Shown here piece after piece: positions 29,065 to 38,289 of a stretch of DNA of 64,000 nt. Source of the stretch: Candidatus Latescibacterota bacterium. Its GTDB lineage: Bacteria; Latescibacterota; UBA2968; GCA-2709665. Position 1 is the first letter of the stretch. Every line of letters begins with the position of its first letter. The stretch lies in NCBI GenBank assembly GCA_965219455.1, contig OZ244744.1:1440001-1504000 (forward strand), read 5' to 3'. A program made the translations under genes and the position numbers. Below the pieces are notes generated by a model. That model did no database searches. It was not told where the DNA came from and saw only the letters and a program-made list of their open reading frames with translations.

Positions 29065-31176
29065 TCAATCGGGTGGAGGGAACGGGCCGTTGGCCGCGAA
29101 AAAATCCGGAACGTCGAATTGCTCTCCCCTGGCCAGCCCCATCAGGATCTCCTGTGACGAAATGGCAGTCCGTCCGTTCGAAGCCTCTACACCGCGATGG
29201 TCGCCGTCCGGAAGAAGCTCACGTGCCTTGATATTGTCCGCCATGCACGGAGAGAGAATCCGGGACTGGATTCTTCGGATAAGCACCGGGTCTTCAATGG
29301 GACAGAGGATTTCCACGCGTCGGCGGAGATTGCGGGGCATCCAGTCCGCGCTGCCGGTGTAAATCTCTGGCTTGGATCCGTTTTCGAACATGTAGATGCG
29401 GCTGTGCTCAAGGTAACGCCCGACGATGCTTCTCACGCGGATGCGATCGCTGACTCCGGGAATGCCCGGACGGATAGAGCAGATCCCGCGGACGATCAGG
29501 TCGACCTCCACGCCGCTTTGAGACGCTCTGTAGAGCGCTTTCACGACCTTTACATCCTGAAGCGAGTTCATTTTGCAGACAATACGGGCAGGTCGCCCGG
29601 CCCTGGCGTGTTCAATCTCCCGATCGATTTTCGCCAGAATGGAGTCCATCATATTGAAGGGCGCAACCAGCAGCTTCTTGACCTCGGGATGGTCGGACTG
29701 GGTGGTGAGCAGGTTGAACACCTCGGCCACGTCGCTGGTAATGTCTTCCCGGGCGGTCATCAGACCCAGGTCCGTATACACCCGCGCCGTCGTTGCATTG
29801 TAGTTTCCGGTACCAATGTGGGCGTAGCGGCGGAGGCCGCCGGCTTCGCGCCGGACCAGCATGGAGAGCTTGCAATGGGTCTTTAAGCCAACGACGCCAT
29901 AGGCGACGTACACGCCCGCATCCTGGAGTTGCCGCGCCCATCGGATGTTGGAGGCCTCGTCGAATCGGGCTTTGAGTTCCACAATCACGGTAACCTCTTT
30001 GCCCGCCTCCGCGGCTTTCAGCAGAGCATCCATGATGGGAGAGTCTTCGGTTGTGCGATACAGCGTCTGTTTAATGGCCAGTACGTCAGGGTCCCGCGCG
30101 GCTGACTGGACAAACTGGATGACCGGCTGGAAAGAGTCGTATGGATGATGCAACAGGATGTCCCGCTGGCGGATTTCGGCGAATAGCTGGTCGAGGTCTT
30201 CGGTGAAGGGGTACTCGGCCGGATGGTACGGCGCGTCCTTCAGGTCCGGACGCCGCGTCGCCCCGTAGAGCATCATCAGGCGATTGAGATTGACCGGACC
30301 GTTCACCCGGTAAACCTGTTTCTCACTCAGATGATAAATCGCCCGAAGCCGCCGTTCGATCTGCTTCGGCGCCGCCGCGTCGATTTCCAGCCGGACGGTA
30401 TCGCCCTTGCGCCTGCGTTTGAGTTCGTCCTCAATAGCCAGTAGCAGGTCGTCGGCTTCTTCTTCATCGAGGTAGAGGTCGCTGTTACGCGTGATACGAA
30501 AAGCGGCGGTACCCAGGATCTCGTACCCCCTGTACAGCTCCGGGATGTGCGCCCGCACAAGGTCGGCCAGAAATACGTAATCGACGCGCCGGCCCTCGTC
30601 TTCCCTGGGCAAGCGGATGAGACGCGGCAACAGGCGCGGAACCGTAACCACGCCGAATAAGGTGTCACCCCTACTGTCCTTGAGCAAAACGGCCAGGCAA
30701 AGCGACTTGTTAACCACGCGCGGAATGGGATGGGCCGGGTTGACGGTAAGGGGCGTCAGAACCGGATGGAGTTCCCGCAGCCAGTAGTCCCGGATAAATT
30801 CCTGTTCGGCGGGTTCGAGGTCTTGCGACGAACGGATATGCACCTCGGCCTTTTTCAGTGCGGGCAATAGCTCTTCGTTCCAGCAGGCATATTGTTCGTG
30901 GACCATGCGGTGGGTTTCAACGGAAACGGCTTCGAACACTTCTTCGGGCAACAGCCCGTCGGGGCCGGCATCGTGTACGCCGGCTTCCATCTGCTGAAGC
31001 AATCCTGCGACGCGGATTTCGAAGAACTCGTCCAGGTTGTTGGCGACGATCGCCAGGAATTTCACGCGCTCCAGCAGAGGATTATTCGGGTCCCGGGCTT
31101 CTTCGAGGACGCGTTCGTTAAAGCGAAGCCAGGAGATTTCCCTGTTGGTATAGAGCTTTGGATCGTCCAGGTTCAT
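29065..31176 (-). CDS. ppk1: Polyphosphate kinase 1
   Basis: NREISWLRFNERVL, NLDEFFEIRVAGL, ILLHHPYDSF, IKQTLYRT, ELKARFDE, GLKTHCK, GTGNYN, GSADWMPRNL; start could lie upstream (ORF open to 31308). Confidence 0.95.
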   Translation of the reverse strand: MNLDDPKLYTNREISWLRFNERVLEEARDPNNPLLERVKFLAIVANNLDEFFEIRVAGLLQQMEAGVHDAGPDGLLPEEVFEAVSVETHRMVHEQYACWNEELLPALKKAEVHIRSSQDLEPAEQEFIRDYWLRELHPVLTPLTVNPAHPIPRVVNKSLCLAVLLKDSRGDTLFGVVTVPRLLPRLIRLPREDEGRRVDYVFLADLVRAHIPELYRGYEILGTAAFRITRNSDLYLDEEEADDLLLAIEDELKRRRKGDTVRLEIDAAAPKQIERRLRAIYHLSEKQVYRVNGPVNLNRLMMLYGATRRPDLKDAPYHPAEYPFTEDLDQLFAEIRQRDILLHHPYDSFQPVIQFVQSAARDPDVLAIKQTLYRTTEDSPIMDALLKAAEAGKEVTVIVELKARFDEASNIRWARQLQDAGVYVAYGVVGLKTHCKLSMLVRREAGGLRRYAHIGTGNYNATTARVYTDLGLMTAREDITSDVAEVFNLLTTQSDHPEVKKLLVAPFNMMDSILAKIDREIEHARAGRPARIVCKMNSLQDVKVVKALYRASQSGVEVDLIVRGICSIRPGIPGVSDRIRVRSIVGRYLEHSRIYMFENGSKPEIYTGSADWMPRNLRRRVEILCPIEDPVLIRRIQSRILSPCMADNIKARELLPDGDHRGVEASNGRTAISSQEILMGLARGEQFDVPDFFAANGPFPPPD

Positions 31177-31314
31177 GCCGGGTTTCTCGTGGGTGACCGG
31201 AGCCATTGGTAATTGCATTTGGCTCAAGATAAACCGACACAAAGCATGAGTCAATCGGAATCGCGCTTGCAAGTCTTTATGGCGCGGGGGTTTGATGGAC
31301 TGCGTCATCGCCTG

Positions 31315-32064
31315 TCAACGTCTCGAAGCCATGGCCCTCAGTTCCTCCCAAAGATCCTGATACGCGTTTGCCGCAGGCGAACCCGGCGCGAAGCATGGCA
31401 CCGGCTTTCGGTGGATACCCATTTTTTCGACTTCCGACGCGTATGGAATCTGCGTCTCCAGAAACCGGTCTTCCCGATCTCTGCCGGTTGCCAGGTATTC
31501 GCTGTGCATGCGTTTCCGTTGCTCGACCATCGTGAAAAACGGGTGGATCCGGGAGACATCCAGGCGTCTGGAATGACAGAACCGCAGCAACTGATCGTAG
31601 GCACGCATGGACAACGTGGTCGGGATACACGGTACCAGGACGATGTCAGAGGCGAAAAGCATATTTTCAGACACCTGGCCGATGCCGGGCGGACAGTCGA
31701 TAAAAATGAAGTCGTACGTCTTGCTATACGGCGCCAGAATGCGATGGAGCCGCTTCGAGGAGCCTTTCAGTTTGCTCAGAATCGTGTCCAGGTTTCTGAA
31801 CGACAGGTTTGACGGCAGCAGATCCAGGTTTTCGTAGTCGGTACCTCTGATGCGCTTCTCTAGTCTTCGGCCACCGCGGAGGAACTTTCGACCCGGGAGT
31901 TTCCTGGAGGGATTGATGCGAAAATAGAACGCGGCCGATCCCTGAGGGTCCAGATCGAACAGAATGGTCCGCGCGCCCGCGCGCGCGGCGAGGTAGGCCA
32001 GATTTACCGCCGTGGCTGTCTTTCCCACCCCGCCTTTGATGTTGTACAGAGCGACTGTTGCCAT
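31315..32064 (-). CDS. ParA/MinD-family ATPase
   Basis: Deviant Walker A KGGVGKT, DLDPQGS, IDCPP; no parB nearby. Confidence 0.9.
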   Translation of the reverse strand: MATVALYNIKGGVGKTATAVNLAYLAARAGARTILFDLDPQGSAAFYFRINPSRKLPGRKFLRGGRRLEKRIRGTDYENLDLLPSNLSFRNLDTILSKLKGSSKRLHRILAPYSKTYDFIFIDCPPGIGQVSENMLFASDIVLVPCIPTTLSMRAYDQLLRFCHSRRLDVSRIHPFFTMVEQRKRMHSEYLATGRDREDRFLETQIPYASEVEKMGIHRKPVPCFAPGSPAANAYQDLWEELRAMASRR

Positions 32065-32082
32065 AGAATACGCTCTAAATGG

Positions 32083-33612
32083 TCAGACGAACAGACGTCG
32101 GAACGTGGCGGCGACGTCCGCCTGGTTGAATTGCACAAAAGACTCTGAAAAAGCCGCCCGGACGGTCTGCTGCTCGCGGTAAAGGCAGCCGATCAGACCG
32201 CCGATAGCGGCGAAGGTTTCCGGGTGAGTCCCCTCCGCCGGAAACGCTTCCAGGTACGTCTTGAGGTCGGCATGTTGAACGCAGAGGTCGTTGAAGTCGC
32301 CCAGGTTGTCCTGCAGGCTTTTCAGGTGCCCGACGATCAGCAGGATCTCTTCCGCGGGGAAAAGCGACGAAAAAAACTCCAGGAGGTAGCGCAGTTTCTT
32401 GCACTCAATCCGAAGGCGGTGCAGGCCGGCGTCGGGCGTGGACTCATCGATTGCGGTTCCCAATTCGATCACGCGACCGTATCTCTTTCCGATGAACCTT
32501 TTCGCAAGCCCAGCCGCCGGCACATCGGCGTTGTCGGGCGATTCGGACTCCGGCGGGCATGCCAGAAACGCCTCCCAGTCGGCGGCTATTTTCAGGTACA
32601 TGCCGCCATCCAGGGCGGCGGATAGACGCCGGTGTTCACCCGTACGTTCGTCCCGCAGGGATTCGAAGAGAGAGTCCAGTCGTGGCCGTAGATATCCCGG
32701 CAGGAGAAGGCGGTACGCGTCCTGCTTGAGCAAGGCGACGTCCAGGTCGCGCAGGCGGTTGGTGCGTTTGCCCAGAAAGGAAAAGTCCTTCCGGAAGCGG
32801 GCGACACGGGCTTCCGGAAAAACGGATTTGATCTGGCCGAGCGCCGACCGTGTACGCCGGATTCCCACCCTGAAATCGTGCAGAAACTCGGTATCGATGT
32901 CCTCCTTTATCCCCGCTTCATTGCGTCTTATGGTTCGGAACAGATGCCCCAGAATGCGCCTCGCGGCCTCTGCGCCGGTCAGGTCGGGTTCCAGCGCGAT
33001 ATTGAGTTTGGAGGTATAGTCTCCCGGTTTCCTGCCGGTCGTCCGTATAGCGGCGTGGAACAGGTCTTCTGTTTGGGGTTCGGCGCCCGCTTCGCGCAGG
33101 GACCGGTTCAGTCTGCGCAGATGTTTCTCATACCCTCGGACGGGCCGCAGAATGAGCGTGTTGAAAGGTTGATCGGAATCCGCCACCCTGGCCTGTTCGA
33201 GCGTTGCGATCAGGACGGTCTTTTCATTCCTGTTGAGGACGCGCATGGTCTGCCGGCGGGTCCTGGCGCGCGCGCGCGGTAACAGCGCCCGTACGCTCAA
33301 ATGTGCTTGCAGGGTCTTCTTCAACGGACCCTCGGGAAAATCCGCGCCGAATACCGGTTCGGTTCCGCGCGGCAGGCTGAGCGATGCGACGGTTTCACGG
33401 TTTGGCAGGCTGTAGAGAAGGTAGCGATCCTGTTCTTTCAACAGTACCAGGTTCCTGTTGAAGAGGCGCCAGTCGAAGGTGTCGAGAAAGGTCTGGACAT
33501 GCTCTGTATCGCCTATCAGTTTGCAGGTATGGGAACTGGCGGCCTCCTCCCATACGCTGTGTGAATCGACCGATGCCGGCAGGCGCAGTGCACGTACTTT
33601 GTTTTTCATCAT
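32083..33612 (-). CDS. CHAD-domain polyphosphate-binding protein with N-terminal CYTH-like region
   Basis: FLDTFDWRL N-terminal motif; CHAD motifs LHDFRVGIRRTRS, RLRDLDV, LHRLRIECKKLRY, LQDNLGDFND. Confidence 0.88.
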   Translation of the reverse strand: MMKNKVRALRLPASVDSHSVWEEAASSHTCKLIGDTEHVQTFLDTFDWRLFNRNLVLLKEQDRYLLYSLPNRETVASLSLPRGTEPVFGADFPEGPLKKTLQAHLSVRALLPRARARTRRQTMRVLNRNEKTVLIATLEQARVADSDQPFNTLILRPVRGYEKHLRRLNRSLREAGAEPQTEDLFHAAIRTTGRKPGDYTSKLNIALEPDLTGAEAARRILGHLFRTIRRNEAGIKEDIDTEFLHDFRVGIRRTRSALGQIKSVFPEARVARFRKDFSFLGKRTNRLRDLDVALLKQDAYRLLLPGYLRPRLDSLFESLRDERTGEHRRLSAALDGGMYLKIAADWEAFLACPPESESPDNADVPAAGLAKRFIGKRYGRVIELGTAIDESTPDAGLHRLRIECKKLRYLLEFFSSLFPAEEILLIVGHLKSLQDNLGDFNDLCVQHADLKTYLEAFPAEGTHPETFAAIGGLIGCLYREQQTVRAAFSESFVQFNQADVAATFRRLFV

Positions 33613-34027
33613 ATGACTTCCGTCAGAGTCCGCCGGGGATATGCGCCGCGGACCTCCTCGTCTGCCCGGACGGACGCGATGTCCGCAGCCTGAAGCTGGA
33701 GTACAGGCCCTATAAAAAGAAGGCCGATGCCCAGAGACATCAGCCTGTTTCGAGCTTCGCTGCGAGCATTTGGGTCAGTCGTCATAGCTCAGGAACTTGT
33801 ACCGGCCGACTCTCCGGATGACCGATCCGAGGATTCGCAGATCCACGTGCCTGCCTTTTTTGGTTTACACTTGCAACAGAGATTAAGATACTTTGCACGG
33901 ATTTTCTGGAGGCTGGTAAGTGCTTTGCGCCCACCTCGTAATGATACGTCGAATCGGTACAAAAAACAAGAAAGACCGAACAGGCGCTGAAGCATTGACG
34001 CTCCGGGCGAGCCTGTCCGGCCTCTGC

Positions 34028-34098
34028 GAAGCTGTTTTAAAATTTCTGTTGCGTTCCCGAGCGCGAGCGAAAGGGTGTCGGTTATGTGGCGAGACGGG
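34028..34098. mobile_element. Truncated copy of the MITE-like element
   Basis: GAAGCTGTTTTAAAATTTC...CCCGAGCGCGAGCGAAA...CGGTTATG matches one end of copies A and B. Confidence 0.65.
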
Positions 34099-34196
34099 AT
34101 GAACCGGCGCCTGTCTGCCTGCCTGCGTCCGCCGGACAGGCAGGCAGGCGGAAGAATGGCGCCATATTTCCGGGACAGGACACCATGCCAGGTATC

Positions 34197-34236
34197 GTAA
34201 CCTATTCGTCACACAATAGTGACCTGTTCGTCACAG
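34197..34236 (+). promoter_or_regulatory. Pho box, four direct-repeat half-sites at 11-bp period
   Basis: GTAACCT-ATTC-GTCACAC-AATA-GTGACCT-GTTC-GTCACAG upstream of the pst operon; matches PhoB GT(C/A)AY 11-bp periodicity. Confidence 0.8.
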
Positions 34237-34315
34237 ATGCCGAACATATTGTAGCAGTCTTATAGATACAGGAGGTGCCAGGCAGGTGAATTAACCGCCA
34301 CTATGGGGAGGAGCA

Positions 34316-34666
34316 ATGCTGTTTAAGTGGGCGATCCGGGGAAGCGTCGCGGTGTTGAGTTTTGGGGTTTTCGGCCCCGCCGAAGGCGCCGAAGGCAAGA
34401 TTGGAGGGCTGGCTTTCGGCGACTGCTATTTCGTCGCCACCGGAGCGAACAAGCATGAAAACGGTTTCAAATTCCGGCGGATATATATGACGTACGACCT
34501 GGAATGGAATGACCGCTGGTCCGGACGGGTGCGGTACGAAGCCAACGACTCGGGATTTGGCGTCGAGGACAAGATGCGGCGCCTGGAGCCCTCGCGCCAA
34601 AGTCGATCCCGGGATCGCCCGACCGGCGAAATTTCGACTCCCTCTCCTGCTGGCACACAAACGTAA
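34316..34666 (+). pseudogene. Probable truncated outer-membrane porin-like gene
   Basis: GGAGGAG RBS, signal peptide, then GFKFRRIYMTYD...GRVRYEAND beta-strand pattern, degenerating into low-complexity sequence after about 85 aa. Confidence 0.45.
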
Positions 34667-34735
34667 CGTTGGCGGTTTACATTGACCTCTGAATTTCTTC
34701 AGACAATCACCCTGAAAATCGAGAGGTGTAGACGG

Positions 34736-35713
34736 ATGATTCGAACAGTTGCCGGATTGATATTACTGATACTGGCCGCGGTTCCCGTTCGGTCGCAGAC
34801 GTTTGAGGTCGACCCGCGGATTCCGGCCTATAATAAGGCGCGGGGGATTTCAGGAAGCGCCAGCAGCATCGGATCGGATACGATGAATAACCTGATGGCG
34901 CTGTGGCTGGAGGGTTTTCGCAGATACTACCCGAACGTAAACGTGCAGATCGAAGGAAAGGGGTCCAGCACGGCGCCTCCGGCGCTGATCGAAGGCACGG
35001 CCCGGTTCGGTCCGATGTCCCGTTCAATGAAGGCAACGGAGGTTGACAAGTTCGAGAACGCGTTCGGGTACCCGCCCACGCCGCTGAGAACCGCTTTCGA
35101 TGCGCTGGCGGTTTTTGTGAATAAAGACAATCCTGCTAGAGGCTTGACGCTGGAACAGGTGGATGCGATTTTTTCCAAAACCCGCCGTGGTGGATTTCCT
35201 GAAAATATCGTCCGGTGGAGCCAGGTGGGATGGACGGGCGAGGCGGCAAGGGCGTTAATTAGTTTGTACGGTCGAAACTCGGCCTCAGGGACCTATGGCT
35301 TTTTCAAAAAAAACGCGCTGTTTAAGGGCGATTTCAAAGATGAAGTGAAGGAACAGCCGGGGTCGGCTTCGGTTGTACAGGGTGTAGCGGAAGACCGGTA
35401 CGGAATCGGATACAGTGGAATCGGATATAAGACGTCTGACGTGCGCGTGGTGCCGCTTGCGGAGAATCCGGAGGAAGGGTTCAGAGACGCCAGCATGGAT
35501 AATGTACTTGACGGCTCCTATCCGCTGGGCCGTTTTTTGTTCATCTACATCAACAAAACCCCGGGTAAGCCCCTTGACCCGATGGTGCGCGAATTCTGCA
35601 GGTATATTTTCTCGAAAGAGGGTCAGGAAATCGTAATCAAGGATGGATATATGCCTGTGCCCTACGAAGTCGTTGAAGAAGAACTGGCGAAGCTGGCAGC
35701 AGCGGGAATTTAG
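34736..35713 (+). CDS. pstS: Phosphate ABC transporter substrate-binding protein
   Basis: GSDTM, IEGKGSSTAPPAL, DALAVFVNKDNP, YGRNSASGTYGFF, YPLGRFLFIY. Confidence 0.93.
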   Translation: MIRTVAGLILLILAAVPVRSQTFEVDPRIPAYNKARGISGSASSIGSDTMNNLMALWLEGFRRYYPNVNVQIEGKGSSTAPPALIEGTARFGPMSRSMKATEVDKFENAFGYPPTPLRTAFDALAVFVNKDNPARGLTLEQVDAIFSKTRRGGFPENIVRWSQVGWTGEAARALISLYGRNSASGTYGFFKKNALFKGDFKDEVKEQPGSASVVQGVAEDRYGIGYSGIGYKTSDVRVVPLAENPEEGFRDASMDNVLDGSYPLGRFLFIYINKTPGKPLDPMVREFCRYIFSKEGQEIVIKDGYMPVPYEVVEEELAKLAAAGI

Positions 35714-35766
35714 TCTGCTGGCGAACCCCTCCTCATGTCCGGCGGGAGAAACTGCAAGGTTTGGCT

Positions 35767-38019
35767 ATGGCGCAACCGAAGAATACCGATCCAGGAAAAC
35801 CCCGGTCGCTTCCCGGCATCACGCCCGCGGCACGCACTATGGACCGTCTGGGCCGTTGGGTAATCGCCGTGGGCGGTGTGGGGGTGATCCTGGTGGTACT
35901 GGGCATTCTGGCTTTTGTGCTTCGCGAATCCTTTCCCCTTTTCCTGTCTCCCGCGCCGGCGGCGATTGTAAATAGCCACACGCTGCAAGGTAGCGACGGC
36001 CAGCGGGCGCTTGCGGCGGGCACCGATCGGTACCGCGATGTCGGATACGTCGTGCGACCGGAGGGAATCGATTTTATCCGATTGATCAATGGAGAAACGA
36101 TTCGCCGGGAACGTGGCGACGAATTTCGGGGCCGGCACGTGGTATCGGTCCATCCTTCGCTTACGGACGGGCACCTGAGTCTGGGAATGTCGGATGGCCG
36201 CATTGCTCTGGCGAAGGTGAATTTTCGGGTGGATTATCCGGACGGCAAGCGCAGGGTCACACCCGAGTTTCAGGTTCTGGATAACATGGCGCTGGACCGG
36301 GGAGGCGAACCCATCGCTCAGGTCGCATATGGTTCGGACGGGGCACGGCGCTCCACTGTGGCGGGGATCACTGCGTCCGGCCGGCTACTGGTGGCGGGCA
36401 GACAGAAAAAGAGGGGGCTGCTGGGCGCGGGTAAGCAGGAATCATTCGTTTACGAATTGACCGATGCGTTTGACTGCAGGCCAACGGCCGTGCTGGTTAA
36501 CGGGAACAGTCGTCAACTTCTGGCGGGGACGGACCGTGGAGAGGTGTATTTCTGGGACATATCCGACATCAAGACGCCTCCGACCCTCGTTCAGCGTTTT
36601 CGTGCTTCGGACCACGCGATTACAGCCCTTGCGTTTCTGCTTGGCGACGTATCGGTGGTCGTGGGTGACGCCCGTGGACACGTAAGTACGTGGTTTCCCG
36701 TGCGCGGACCACGCGGCAATGTCCGCGGGACGTTTCAAAAAATCCACGATTTTCGGCCACATCGCACGGCGGTGAACGCGATTTCCCCGTCTGCGCGTGA
36801 CAAACAGTTTTTGACCGGCAGCGTCGGTGGACACCTGATGTTGCACCACATGACGTCCGGCCAGACGTTTTTCGAACTGGCGGATGGATCGGAGGTGACC
36901 GATCTGACGTTCGCGCCCAAAGCAGACGGGTTCCTGAGCCTTCACGCCGACGGTCGTTTGAACCACTATGAGCTATCCAATCCGCATCCTGAAGTGACAC
37001 TGAAAACGCTGTTTGGCAAGGTGTGGTACGAAGGATACACCGAACCTGAGTTCGTCTGGCAGTCCACCGGCGGAACCGACGAATTCGAGCCCAAGATGAG
37101 CATCATTCCTCTAGCGTATGGCACCGCGAAAGGGACGTTTTATGCAATGTTTTTCGCTCTGCCGCTGGCGGTTCTCGCCGCCATCTACACGTCCGAGTTC
37201 GCTCACCCGCGCGTGCGCAACGTGGTGAAACCGACGGTGGAGTTGATGGCATCGCTGCCAAGCGTGATTCTAGGCTTTCTGGGCGGTCTATGGCTGGCGC
37301 CGTTGCTGGAACGCCAGGTGGTAGGCGTCTTGCTGCTGCTGCCAACGGTGGCTCTGACCGTTATCACGGCGTCCTGGGTCTGGTCCCGCCTGCCGGGGCG
37401 CGTGAAGAACCGGTTGCCGGGACCGGAAGCGTTCTACGTGGCGGTGTCCCTTCTGGGTATCTGGTTGGCGCTGGCGCTCGGGCCGTTGCTGGAGGGCGCA
37501 TTCTGGGGCGGTAATTTTCCGCGCTGGCTGGCGGATGCCGCCGGCACCCGCTACGACCAGAGGAATTGCCTGGTTGTGGGTTTCGCAATGGGTTTTGCGG
37601 TAATCCCGATCATCTATACGATTTGCGAAGACGCGCTCACAAGCGTACCGTCACACCTGAGGGCCGGATCCCTGGCGCTGGGCGCCACGCCGTGGCAGAC
37701 GGCCGTTCGCGTGGTGCTCCCCACCGCAAGCCCGGGCATTTTTTCGGCGACAATGATCGGATTCGGACGGGCGGTCGGCGAAACGATGATTGTCCTGATG
37801 GCCACCGGAAATACGCCCATTATGGACTGGAGTATCTTCAACGGGATGCGCACCCTGTCGGCCAATATTGCCGTGGAAATCCCCGAGGCGCCGCACGAGG
37901 GAACGCTCTACCGGGTCCTCTTTCTGACCGGTCTGCTACTTGCAGGAGTGACGTTCATCGTCAACACCCTGGCGGAAATCGTACGGCAGCGGCTTCGGGA
38001 GCGGTACAGCCGAATATAG
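35767..38019 (+). CDS. pstC: Phosphate ABC transporter permease PstC, long form with WD40-like periplasmic domain
   Basis: WQSTGGTDEFEPK, VKPTVELMASLPSVILG, SLALGATPWQT, GRAVGETMIVLMATGN. Confidence 0.92.
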   Translation: MAQPKNTDPGKPRSLPGITPAARTMDRLGRWVIAVGGVGVILVVLGILAFVLRESFPLFLSPAPAAIVNSHTLQGSDGQRALAAGTDRYRDVGYVVRPEGIDFIRLINGETIRRERGDEFRGRHVVSVHPSLTDGHLSLGMSDGRIALAKVNFRVDYPDGKRRVTPEFQVLDNMALDRGGEPIAQVAYGSDGARRSTVAGITASGRLLVAGRQKKRGLLGAGKQESFVYELTDAFDCRPTAVLVNGNSRQLLAGTDRGEVYFWDISDIKTPPTLVQRFRASDHAITALAFLLGDVSVVVGDARGHVSTWFPVRGPRGNVRGTFQKIHDFRPHRTAVNAISPSARDKQFLTGSVGGHLMLHHMTSGQTFFELADGSEVTDLTFAPKADGFLSLHADGRLNHYELSNPHPEVTLKTLFGKVWYEGYTEPEFVWQSTGGTDEFEPKMSIIPLAYGTAKGTFYAMFFALPLAVLAAIYTSEFAHPRVRNVVKPTVELMASLPSVILGFLGGLWLAPLLERQVVGVLLLLPTVALTVITASWVWSRLPGRVKNRLPGPEAFYVAVSLLGIWLALALGPLLEGAFWGGNFPRWLADAAGTRYDQRNCLVVGFAMGFAVIPIIYTICEDALTSVPSHLRAGSLALGATPWQTAVRVVLPTASPGIFSATMIGFGRAVGETMIVLMATGNTPIMDWSIFNGMRTLSANIAVEIPEAPHEGTLYRVLFLTGLLLAGVTFIVNTLAEIVRQRLRERYSRI

Positions 38020-38043
38020 GCCGCTGAGTCGACCGGCTGGCAT

Positions 38044-38173
38044 CCTTCGACAGGCTCAGGAACCAGCGGTTGCGAACTGAGCCGCTCCCTGAGCTTGTCG
38101 AAGGGTCGGCGAAGGTCGTTGAAGATTGCTAAAGAGGTTAGGAAACGCGGGCATTTCGACAAGCTCAATGACC
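38044..38173. repeat. Palindromic REP-like element (CCTTCGACAGGCTCAGG / CCTGAGCTTGTCGAAGG)
   Basis: Inverted pair at 38044-38105 plus a third half-site TTCGACAAGCTCA at 38155; a 29-bp stretch is shared with 50961-50989. Confidence 0.75.
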
Positions 38174-38289
38174 ACGTTTCATCACGCTAGCCGTCTCGAA
38201 TCCCGTGGCAAGGAATGCAACGGAGACGACACGATGGATTCTTGTTTTAGTGCCCGGATTGCCCGCATCGTACGTCTGGAGCCAATCGA

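Noticed and set aside
31315-32064. Chromosome or plasmid partition parA
   Set aside because: No parB, rep gene or origin-type genes nearby; context is polyphosphate metabolism.
33613-34027. Possible ncRNA or second Pho box upstream of the CHAD gene
   Set aside because: No convincing 11-bp periodic motif or known RNA structure recognised by eye.
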